A DNA stretch of 63,035 bases, the filler included, from Reclinomonas americana ATCC 50394 (Eukaryota), in the NCBI GenBank assembly GCA_048213135.1. It is 16 parts of 16 records of this genome, joined end to end, with 100 filler letters (N's around TTAATTAATTAA, not from the genome) between each part and the next. Parts side by side here need not be neighbours in the genome. Positions count along the whole stretch, not along the records: positions 30,652 to 35,830 come from AFZH01019202.1; positions 35,931 to 50,429 come from AFZH01019203.1; 14 more parts are not named here. One strand, 5' to 3'. The notes under the pieces were generated by a model that saw only the letters and a program-made list of their open reading frames with translations, was not told the DNA's origin and searched no databases. The translations under genes were made by a program, and so were the position numbers. Below are positions 34,527 to 45,706 of the stretch, in pieces; the stretch's first letter is position 1; each line of letters opens with the position of its first letter.

Positions 34527-35830
34527 TCAACGGACAAGAGTCATCCATGCGCCGTGGTCTGTCAGAACCTCGTTGACAGCTGCGCGGCCATTCTCGAAAT
34601 AGTCGTTGAATTGGGACGGGCTGAAGAATTGGTTGGCGGTGCTCGTGTGTGGGAAACGGCCGCTGGTCAACGACGACTCGTGGCAGCACTTGTTGCAGCA
34701 CTCGCAGCACATGCCGACATTGTAGCCGTGCTCCTCGCGGCGACGCGGCTTCATGTAGATGATGATGCCTTCGTTGTCGGCGAGATTGACTCCACCAAAA
34801 GCCTGCTCGTCGCCGGGGTCGAACGGCCCCACGGCGGCCACACGTTCTACGTCGGCCGGATGCACTGCTGGCGATGGATAGCGCACCTTGAAGGCCACAT
34901 AGTGGTCACGCTCGAAGCGTACACGTGTGTCTTCATGAACGCGTGTGCGCTGTGTGCACGGTTGAGCATCGATGGCAAATGGAGCAACGTGCAAGCACCA
35001 AGCGTTACCTCTTGCAGCTCAATGTCAAACCTGACAGAGTGCATTGTGTCGTCCAAGACCGGCGTCGGGAAGAACGTGTGATGCATCAGTGTCTGCAGGG
35101 GCAGCAGTGAGCACAGGAGTGTGTGTACATCGGTGCGTGCGGCGAACCAAAATGTCCTTGTGTGCTGGGTCAATCGGGTAGAACTCACATCCGTACCAGT
35201 TGCGCGCTCGTTCTAGAGCATTCAACAGATCCAGACACTCACGCGAGCTGTCCATGCCGCCGTCGAGCGCGATGATGTGCTGCAGTGGATTTTTCCTCAT
35301 GAGTCAGTGATAACTGTGTGCAGTGGATATAAGCCACGCACCCGGTGACGATCGCGCAGCAGGGCCAGCAGGGCGAGATTCTCCAGGTGGCCACCATCGG
35401 AGAGGTACACTTGAGTCGGCACCGCATCATCGACGGTGTGCAAATGAAGACCCTGGCGAATGGAGCTGACAACGTGCAGGGTGACTTCCAGCATCTCCGA
35501 GGCAGTCCAGCAACAGTTGTTGCGTTTCATCTGCACTTCAGTCCCTCCGGGCAGTCGCTCGTATCGTTCTGCATGTCGCAAGAGTCAAAAACAGCAGCAC
35601 GTGAACGGAGGAGGAGGAGGAGTGCACTCACGCAACTGCGACCGAGGAAGGGTATGAGGACCGTGCATACAATGGCCACGAGCAGCATGCCCAGCAAAGT
35701 CGTGCTGACACCGATGCGCATGCCAAAGTAGACACCCTGCGCCGTGCTCTGATCGTACTTGTTGTAGTACATGGCGCCGAGAAGGCCGCACACGGCCAAG
35801 AATGCGGCAACAAAGATCCAGCACACCACG
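34527..35830 (-). CDS. Patatin/cPLA2-like phospholipase domain protein with TM segments; 5'-partial
   Basis: VYLSDGGHLENLALLALLR, IIALDGGMD, IIIYMKP, RFPHTSTANQFFSPSQFNDY. Confidence 0.7.
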
Positions 35831-35990
35831 NNNNNNNNNNNNNNNNNNNNNNNNNNNNNNNNNNNNNNNNNNNNTTAATTAATTAANNNNNNNNNNNNNN
35901 NNNNNNNNNNNNNNNNNNNNNNNNNNNNNNGCGAGTGTGTAAACAGACAGAGAGCGCCCGGCGCGAGTGCACACTCATTGTCTCGTTGCA

Positions 35991-38900
35991 ATGCGTCCGA
36001 GAGCGCTTCTCCTCTTGGTGGTGGTGGTGGTGGTGCTCAGTGCGGGAGCACAGGGTGCAAATGTCACAGGTGAGTGGCTTGTGTGCGCGTGTGTGTGTGC
36101 GTGTGTGTGTGCTCACCCTCAACAACAACTGCTGAAGGCACGGTCATCTCGTTTTCTCCGTTCCTCTCCGCCGGCTCCGCCAGCAGCAGCAGTAGCATCA
36201 CAGTGACCGGTGTCAACCTGTACGACTCCACCGCTGGCGACAAGATCATCCTCAACCCGAGTACCACGCTTGCGCCGACGCCCGGCTGCACATTTGGTGG
36301 CACACAAGTGACGATCACCGACAGTGCCACGGCGCTCAACGGTGCCTCCGGCACCTCCACAGAGCACTATGGGAATCTGTCGACCCTCGCCACCGGCTTG
36401 TATCAGGTGTGCTACTTGTTCTCCACCGGGTCGGTGAGGTGCGTATCGGCGGCATTTTGATTGTGTGGTTTGATGAGTTGCGGTGGTGGCTCATGTTCGA
36501 TCTCCCGCCAGTCAAGTGGGGCAGGAGCTTCTGCGTGTACCGGCAGTGACAAGTTTCACGCCGACGACCATCCGTGCCAGTGACCCGGACGCCTTGATTA
36601 TCGTGAGTGGCTCTGCGTTGCGAAACACCGATCAGGTGTTGATATCGACGGCGTCGTGCCCGACGACCTTGCCGCTGACTGGCACCGGCACACTACTGCA
36701 AGGCACCATATACACGAATCCACTGGAGGTGATGGAGGAGTGCATCTCTTTCTATCTCTCTTGCGTGTGGTCACTGACGCGTACGTGGACCGCAGACCCA
36801 ACTGTTCGCGACCTTTGGTGGCACGGGTCTGGCGGCGGGTGCCAGCTACAAGGTGTGCGTGATGTTCACCACAATTATCGGCTCGAAGGTTGCGTCGGCA
36901 GGCTACGTGACGCTGGGAGGCACGCTGACAGCCAGTGAGTGGTTCCTCGTTCTGTTTTTCCCCGTGTGTGGTGTCGCCCCCTCACATTTTCCTGTCTTAA
37001 TGCAGCGGCGCCGGCCAGTCTGACGCTCACCGCCATCACACCAAGCCGCATTCCCTTTATTGACCCAGGCGCCACACTGACCATTTCTGGCAGTGGCCTG
37101 AAAGCACTGGATACGGTGGCATTCAGCACCGTCAATACGTGCACGTCGGTCGTCACCGCCAGCGGTCCGCAGATCGAGTCATTCGATGGAGTTGCGGGAT
37201 GCATCGCCAATTCGCACGTGTCTCTCTTTGCGCTCACGCTATGCGTTACGGTTTCAGACCAACGGCCCCAATAAGATCCTGATTGTGACCCTCGGAGGTG
37301 CCGGTCTCAGTACGACCGGCACGTGGTTCGTGTGCTACACGCCGTACACGGTCAGCAGCGGCACCTACCTGTCATCCCATCCGTCGTTCTCTGTCGGTGC
37401 GTCACTGGGTCTTGTGCACTGCACTGCCCTCGCAACTTTCTGCTTACTGCTTCCCGCGGCGCGCACAGTGTCGTACACGTCGTTCTCGCCCACGATGGTG
37501 TTGACCAACACGTCGACCATTACGCTCACTGGCGTCGGCGGAACTACTGCCGACAAGGCATTTGCATTTGCAGGTTCATACTGCTTCTGCTTCCTCTCTG
37601 CTGTGCGCTGCTGATTGCACACTCGCTGAGCAGGCTACGACTGTCCGCACGCCACCGACACCACGTTCACCACCTACAGCATCAATGCCTCCAGTGTTTT
37701 CACATTGACAAGCACCGGCATGCCGGCCTCGGTTCCACGTGCGTGCGCGTGAGACTGTATGCACCCTCCTCGCCGTCGCTGAACGCTTCTGCTTGTTGTT
37801 GACAGCCACCGGTGGAGCCTACACGGTGTGCGTACTGGTGGGAGGCACCGGCGCCGGTGGCGTGCTCACCCTCTCACTCTGGAACAATGGTGCGGGCTAC
37901 ACTCGTACGGCAGGCACCTTCAGCTTGCTGGGTGGCTCCGGTTCCGGTGCCACGGCGACGCTGGCTGTGAGCTCGGGACTCTACACCACTGCCACAGTCA
38001 GCGTAGCGGGCGCCAACTACGTGTATGGTGACGTTCTCACCGTGTCGGACACGAATGGCGGAGCACAGTTCGTTGTGACTGCAACTACTTCTGGCAACAA
38101 CTGGAGGAAGGTCGGCAACACTGCCAACCCGCCAGTGCCCCTCGCTCTCGGTGCGGGCGCTGTTGTTGCATGTTGCCAATTTGCTTGTAGCACCACTCTG
38201 ACAGACTGTGTGTGTTGCTGCAGTGGGCACGTTCCAACCTCGAAGCATTCCCGAGAGTGCATCGGTGACGCTCACCATCACATACAACGCTCTGGCCAAC
38301 TCCGACACCATCTCCCTCAGCACGTCGACTTCGTGCACAAGTCTCATTACCCTGTGCACCATCACCAACGCCTCCAACAATGTCGGTTTGTGCACCACCA
38401 ACTCGATTGCGACTGCCAAGGCCTACTACGTGTGCGCCACTGTGCCAACAAAGGGCTTGTATCCACTGAACGGGACCTATGATCCCCTCATTGTTGGCAA
38501 GTGTGGGGTGCGTGCCAAGAAGTGGTGTCCTTGGTTTGAGAGTGGCCTCTTTCGTGTGCTGAACACGTGCGCAGTGGTACAACACGAACTTCCGCCCCAC
38601 CCAGTACAGCAACACGGTGCCCAACATTCCGTGGAAGGCGCAGACCAGTGGAGCGTGCGCCGGCGACACCACCATGTCTACCAATGGCTGCAGTTGGTTC
38701 GTCAGTGAGCGAAAGAGCACACACTTCTGCAGTGCCTTACACGTCAGTGTCAGGTGCGCGTACACGACGGTGAATCCACTCGGCTACTTGCCTGTCAAGG
38801 CACAGATGACACAGCTGCGCGGCGTGTGTGTCAATGCTGCCGCCTCGTGCTCGGCGGCCAATCTCACCGCCACAATGGTGAACCACAAGAGCGGCGTGGA

Positions 38901-41184
38901 TTTGACCTCCTGGCAGGTGAGTCCATTGCGCTCGCCGTTGTGTCGCCCAGCGTGCTTGCAACATCTCACGCCTCTGTCACAGGACGCCGTCACGGTATAT
39001 CCACCGGTCAGTCTCTGTCACGGTCCACTGACCATTCCTTTGATTCGCTCATACGTCACCACACGCCACAGTACAATAAGAACCACGAGAACGGCGAGCA
39101 GGTGCTGGAGGAGGTGTTCCCCAACCGCTTTGCGTACTACAAGATCACACCGCAACATCGCTACTATGACCTGCACGTCATGGTGGCCACAAACGATTAC
39201 CTCGGACTCGGAGACAATTTGGACCTGTACATTAGGCGCGGTTCACTGCCGACGCTCGCTTTCTTTGATTTTACCTCGATCCGGGAGAGCAACCCGTGGT
39301 CCATCGATGTCTATGCGGAGGATTTCAAGAGTGCGCACGCACTTTTCGCTTGACGCATCTGCGCATCCCCCCTCGTCTCATCTTGCATGTGTTTACAGCG
39401 AATGGACTGTGCACGTCCACTGGGTGCCAGACGTACTACATTGGAGTGTATGGAGACAATCAGTTCCCACAAAGGAGCGGTGCCTCCCAGTTCCAGCTGC
39501 AAGTCTGGTTGGGTATGTTGTTGTCAGACGAACGCCGACATGGAATGCCACGGAAGAGCTTGCTCATGCGCACGCACGTGCAGACATGAACATTACCGAC
39601 TTCAAGTGCGCCGATGCGACGGGTGCCGCTGCAGTCAGTGTCGGCACGCCATCCACCATGGTGACCGTCGGCAACTGTCTGCTCCTCAAGGATCGCACTG
39701 GCACCACGACGTTGCTACAGACGGTGGCCACCAGCACTGGATCGCAGGCCGCTCACTTGCCGGTGTCGGTGCGTTTGTGCTGCTGCTGCCCTCTGACCTC
39801 TCCGTGCTAAGCTGGGTGTGTCGCGCAGTTTGTGTTTGACGACATTACACCGATGCCCAACCGAGTCATGCGACTCACACAGCAGAAAGCCGGCAGCGTG
39901 CTGCTGCTCACCGACAGACATCACCGCAGTGGCGTGTGGCATACCACCCCACTGTACTTGAAGATGGGTTTCGAGGTGCACTTTTCCTTCCGCATCCACA
40001 ATCCAGGCATGTGCAATGGCCTGGACGGGTTCGTATTCATCGTCTTCCCCGACTTCTCCTTCTCTCTCTTTCTCCCTCACCACCACCACCACCACCACCA
40101 CCACCATCGATGCAGGTTCTGTGCCGGTGGCGACGGATTTGCGTTGGTTTTCCAAAAGGATATTACATCGACCAACAAGGGTGTGCTGCCGACGTCCTGG
40201 AGTGGCGCTGCCAGCAACACAGTGGGCAAGGGACTCGGCTACGAGGGCATGAGCGACATTGTGGCCATCGAGTTTGACACTTGGGTGGGCGATTGACTGT
40301 CTAGCTCTGTCTGGTTTTTTTCGCTACCAGCGCACACTCGCTCACTCGCTGTGAATCAAATCGCGCAGTTCTCCAAGGACTACTACGATCCAAAACAGGT
40401 GAGCCCACGGTGAAATCCAGTGGCGCCCTCCTTTTCACGTGTGCACTGACTCGGACCGCCTGCGCGTCGCAGGGAATGGACAATTGGTGGATCAACGCCA
40501 CCGAGTACGTCAGCTACGCCGACAATCATGTGGGAGGTTCGTACAGTCGCCCCCGTCATTATCCCTGCCGACTGCTCCGTTGCTGATTTCGCGCATGCTT
40601 CTCGATCCGGCGAGTGCAGTGTTTACCTCCCTCTCGGGCACGGCCATCTCTGCCGATCATTCGTCGACGAGCCATGTGACGTCGACTGCGTCGATCCCCA
40701 ACATCTCCGACGGTCAAGTTCACACGGTGCAAGTGTGGTGCGTCGCAGTCTGTAGCCTGCGCCTGGGCCTGCGCAGGAGGAAGCACTCACTCCACGTGTG
40801 GCGCAGGTACATGCCGGCCATGTTTGGGCGTGCCGGAACCATCACCGTGTTCATCGATAATATGCAATCGCCGGTGCTGGTGGCCAACCTCACCCTGGAC
40901 TCTGCGTATTCGTGGCACCATTTACAGCAAAGAGTTTCGTGGAGGAGACGACTGCCCCACAAGAACAACTCGATTGCTGACACAAGATGTGTGCGTACAG
41001 GGCATCCTCAGTGGCACCGGCTTCGGGTACATGGGTTTCACGGGTGCGGTCGGCGACGTCACACAAGACGTCGACATTCTCTCCTGGTCGTTCTGTTCCA
41101 AACAGTTGCGTGCGCGCCCGTGGGAAGTGTTACACGCGTGAACTCACTGTATGACTTGTGAGCAGTGGTTGTGTGGCGTACTAA
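35991..41184 (+). CDS. Large secreted Thr/Cys-rich protein with repeated Ig/IPT-like modules, a PPC-like module and a C-terminal L-type (legume) lectin domain; about 20 introns
   Basis: Signal peptide MRPRALLLLVVVVVVLSAGAQG; repeated 'F.P..I...','G.Y.VC' units; DLYIRRGSLPT; lectin motifs RLT...GVWH, GFEVHFSF, GGDGFALVFQ, VAIEFDTW, YMGFTGA..DILSWSFC. Confidence 0.75.
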
Positions 41185-41278
41185 GCGATTGGGAGGTGCG
41201 GATGGTGGTGAATGAAGAGAGTTTAAGTCATGCATCGTCCTGCATCGTTTCACACGTCTGGTCGGCGCGACCGCCACC

Positions 41279-42942
41279 GTGATCGCTGCGACAATGGCCA
41301 TGTTGTACTCGCCCGCATGGCAGCCAGTGTCACTGTTCATGGTCAACTATGCCGGCAGTGTGGTCTTCACTGGACTCGTGGGATTTGTGCTGCTGCGCTG
41401 CTTGCATGCAATGGCTGCAACTGTCGCCTCGCCTCCCACGCGAAATGACGAGCCGCTGAGCGTGCTCGCAGTGTGGCGCATGAATGGAGGAGAGAAAACA
41501 CTGCGTTCTGGTGCATTCGCCATCTTTGTGGCCACGGGTGCGCTGATTGCTGTGTGGCCACACGCAATCATCCGCTTGTTTGACATTGATCATGCCGTGT
41601 CGCTGCTCTACAATGGCATCATGTACACGTTTGCGCTGTTGAAGGTGCTGGAGTTGTGTGTTGGCGCGCTGCCGATGCGCCTCACGTGGCCACCGCCGTC
41701 GGAGCAGAGCAGTGGTAGTGCGGTGCAGCCTGCACCACTCTTGCCATCGTCATCATCCTCATCATCGTCGACGACCACCTTCAAGCTCGTTTCGAAACTG
41801 AGACCACCGACTGCGTCGACGACGCCCACAGCCTCGTACCTAGCAAGGCAGCGCCCCGCACCCCGCATGCTCCCGTTCGTGGTGTACTACATCAGTATCA
41901 TCGAGCCGCAGTTCCATCCACAGGATCGCAGCAAGGCACTGCGACCGGCGCCTCTCTCCTTGCTTTTCCGCAGGCTCGGTCTGTGCGTCCTCAAGGGCAC
42001 CGCCAGTGTGTTCCTCATGTCAGTGGCGAGGCCGACGCACTACAACCCGTTCAACTGGTGGATTCTCAACAATACATTTCAGGTTTGGTGGTGTCACAAT
42101 CACGCAGCACTCTGTGCAATGTGAGGAGTTGCTGAAGCGCGCACTTGTGTGTTGGCGAGAGCAGGGCACCATCGTCTACTTTATGCTGTCCATGGTGATG
42201 GATATGGCGTCGGTGATCATGATTGGCATGACGTTTACGCCGATGGACTGCATGCGCAATCCGCTGCTGATGTCGACGTCGCCAGTGGACTTTTGGAGTC
42301 GTCGCTGGAATCTCATGGTGCACGGTGGGTTGTATGCGTGCTCACTCTCTCGTTACGCCCCCACATCGCCTGTTGCGTGCTTATGTGTGGTGAATCGGCA
42401 GGCATGCTGAAGCGACTCGTGTTCGTGCCCGCTGTGCAATCCATGTGGTTGCAGCGACTGGTGCCGTCGTCGGAGGGCGCGCGTCGTGTGCTGGCTGGCC
42501 TGCTGACGTTTTTGTGCAGTGCATTGATGCATGAGTACAGTTGCGTGGCGCCGCAGTTGATGCACACGTGAGGATTGGCGATGCTGACAAAACATCATTG
42601 TACGCAGTGTGGCAGATCGTGCTGTGGCGCTGCACCGAGTGTCGCTTCGGGCGTGTCGGCCTGTTCTTCCTGCTGCAGGGTGCATTCTGTTGCACACAGG
42701 GTATACTGAGCGCCATCGGCAACCACGGCAACAGCGTGCTGTCTCGTGCCATTCGCCGCTTTCAAGCGCTTCCTTCTCCACTCCGACGACTGCTCGGCAC
42801 GCTGACCACTGCTGCCCTGATTGCGCCAACCGTGCACCTGTTTACGGGTGACTTGATCCGTGGCGGAGTTCTCGATGGGTTTGCGGCGGTGCTCCCGAGG
42901 TTAGAGTGGGTCAGTCTGGCCACGAGCGTCGTGAAGGAGTGA
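41279..42942 (+). CDS. MBOAT-family membrane acyltransferase (wax synthase-like)
   Basis: MRNPLLMSTSPVDFWSRRWNLMVHGMLKRLVF, TFLCSALMHEY, LFFLLQG; start approximate. Confidence 0.85.
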
Positions 42943-42996
42943 ATGGAAAGGAAACGTCGCGGTTGTCCCACCCGAGTTTGTCGGGAGTCATCCTCG

Positions 42997-43340
42997 ATGT
43001 TGCGCGCTTGTCGCATGGTGCCGCGTGGAATGCTGCCTCGCGCAGTGCATCGCTTTTCCGGTGTGGCGACCGAGGAGCCGCCACAAATGCCACGAGAACC
43101 CTCCCCAAGTTGAGAATGCATCGCATCAACATCTCCGCGTCTCACACACACACAGCTGAAACGTGTCGCGCAGACGAATGCTGCGGAGTTGGTTGTCAGA
43201 ACTGTGTATGGATCTTGTACTTTGAGAAACTGCAACGCTATCAGGAGGCCGTCGCCGAGTGGGAGCGGACCCATCCGTCATCATCTTCATCATCATCTTC
43301 GTCTCCTCCTCTGCCACCGCCGCCTTCCGGTGACGATTGA
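42997..43340 (+). CDS. Oxidoreductase-like domain protein (OXLD1 family), mitochondrial presequence-like
   Basis: MLRACRMVPRGMLPRAVHRFSG...PREPSPN|ECCGVGCQNCVWILYFEKLQRYQ; intron donor A|GTTGAG at 43109. Confidence 0.8.
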
Positions 43341-45533
43341 TCAGTGGTCTGTCTTGGCCCATCCGGGGAGGGTGTGAGGCCAGTCGCGGCAGAGACCAAG
43401 GAACAGCCCGTGATCGCGGGCCTGTGATGCCACTACTGAGCTCACACACACATCAAGAACCAGACGAGCGGCGAGGCGTACCTTGGCAACAGCGGCGGCC
43501 GCCTGACTGGAGGTCGACGTGAGGTAGCGCCAATCGCGTGCCGCCAGGGCGTCGTTGATGGTCAGCAGCACGGCGACGAGATCGTCAGCCGTCGAGCAGT
43601 GGCTGCGTGCGACAAGCTCGCTTTCGAAAATGTCATTGCGCAGGTTGGCTTCGTTGACGTGCGGCAGCCTGTGTGCGCGTGTCTGTGAGTAACGGGGCGC
43701 AAGGTGACGGGGGGGGGGGGTGGCAAGTGGGGCGACTCACTTGCAGCGTTGGCTCTGTGAAAACATCTTCGGGAAGCGCTCGGACATTGTTGTCACGGCC
43801 GCCTCAATGATGCTCTTTTGCTCCGGTGCAATGGCGTCGGGCATGTCAATCTGTGTATGCGCGCGCGTGTGTGTGTTGGACGAGGGCGATCAACGGTGGA
43901 CTGCCGACATGTGCCGCGCACCTCCTTCACGGGCTGCGCCCTGTTGACCTCCAGGAACAGCTTCTTGATGTCGTGGTCGCTGGTCACTGGGTACACTTGC
44001 ACTGTGGGGTGCGAGTCAGCAACTGGGCTTGCACATGCGCCTCTCTCTCGCGCTCTCCCGCTCTCGCATCTCACCGAGCACATCGCCAACGGGAGCCGAG
44101 GCGTGTCGCTCCTGGAGTAGCAGGCGGAGGGCGCCGATTCGGTGCTGGCCGTCCACGATGGCGCGCACCTGCAGCACCTCGTAGCGGTCGACGGAGCCAC
44201 TGCCGCTCGCCTCTTCCGCGTCGCTGCGGATGGAGTAGTCGAACACCAGAATGGAGCCGGGAAAGTGTGGGTCCTGGCGCTTGTGCGCGGCGATTTGACG
44301 CAGTCGTGCCGGGTCGCAGCGACGCTGGCCGCACCACGGCGGCACCTCACGCAGCAAGCGCGTCGGGTCGGAGCGGAATAGCAGGCAGCGACCCATGTCG
44401 GCCAGCAGAGTGCCGTAGATGGGATGCTGCGTGCCGGGGGCCATCACAGACACCGGCAGTGTCTTGTTGGTGGCCGGTGTGGTGTCGGTCGCGGCCGGTG
44501 CCGGGCAGAAGCTGACACTGCGCTGGCGGCTGCGTGCCGTGAGCAGTGGTCGCTGAGGCGCCGGCACGCTGGTGGCCATGGATTCCGCCGGCGGTGTCGC
44601 GGTAGCCGTCGTGGGGATAACACATGTCGACGCACTGTCGTCGGTGTGGATCGCGGGCGCCGGAACGATTGTTGTCGTCGACACGTGGCTTGGCCCGTGT
44701 ACGCCGCTGGCCTGCTGACGGCGTGTGCGAATGCGAGGAATAGGAGTGCGCGGCAGCATGTGCGCCGGCGCAAAGACCTGGTCCGCATCGACGTCGACGA
44801 ACGAGTGGCTTTCGTCGTCGGTGGCGGCACTGGCGACCGACGAGTCGCTGTCGGTCGCGCGCGACGTGTCGTGAGCGTCTGTGACATTGGCGAGTGAGCG
44901 TGTTGGGCAGAGGTGCGTGGAATTGAGCGGAACTCACCGACAGAGGCCGAGCTGTCCAGCAGGAGCTCCTTCAAGTCCAACTCGCCGAGTTCTGCCGTCA
45001 ACTCGTGGAACAGCAGCGCGTCATCCATGCTCGGCAGCACCGCATCGTCTCCGGTGTCTGTTTCGCCAACCAGCAGTGTGTCGGTGATGCTGGCGTCGGC
45101 GCTGGCACGACGACGGCGGCGGCGAGGGCGGTTTCGAGGAGGCTGCGTCGGAGCTGGCATGTGGCTGTCGACCGGAGACTTGGTGGTGTGCCGGCGTCGG
45201 GCCATCTGCGTGGTGTTGAGTGAATGGCGTGTTTGGAATGCAGAGGGGAGGACGTGGTACCGTTGTGTGATTCGTCACGTCGTGCAGTGGCTGTCGCTTT
45301 GGCGCCGGTGCTCTGCAGGCGACGATGACATGAAAGGGAGACAGAGAGAATGGTGGGAAACATGGAGCAAGTGACCGTTACAAGGGACGCAACACACACC
45401 CCAACACCGCCTCCTTCTGCTGCGGCACGCCAGCGGCTGGCATTGTCAGAGTTTGTGCGGCAAACGCCGATCGAAGACCCTCACGAGTGGGCCGCGACGG
45501 CTCATCGAGATTGGCAGGCTGAATGGACTCCAT
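43341..45533 (-). CDS. DGQHR-motif (ParB/Srx superfamily, DndB-like) domain protein with long disordered N-terminus
   Basis: WCGQRRCDPARLRQI...FPGSILV...IVDGQHRIGALRLL...IKKLFLEVNRAQPV...MFSQSQRC..PHVN; canonical introns. Confidence 0.7.
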
Positions 45534-45706
45534 CTGGTTTCCCTTTCTCTCTCACACACAACAACAACAACAAGCAAAGGGGAAACGGTCACTTTCGTCC
45601 TTGTGTAAACAAAAACTCGAGTTGTCTCGACGTCGGAAAATCAATCAACCATCCCGTCATCCCGTCAAATAGGACACCGACGCATTCCCGTCGCCACATA
45701 CACACA

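Noticed and set aside
40078..40110. Poly-His tract in the lectin ORF (LPHHHHHHHHHR)
   Set aside because: It lies in an intron (G|GTTCGT...TGCAG); splicing restores CNGLDGFCAGGDGF.
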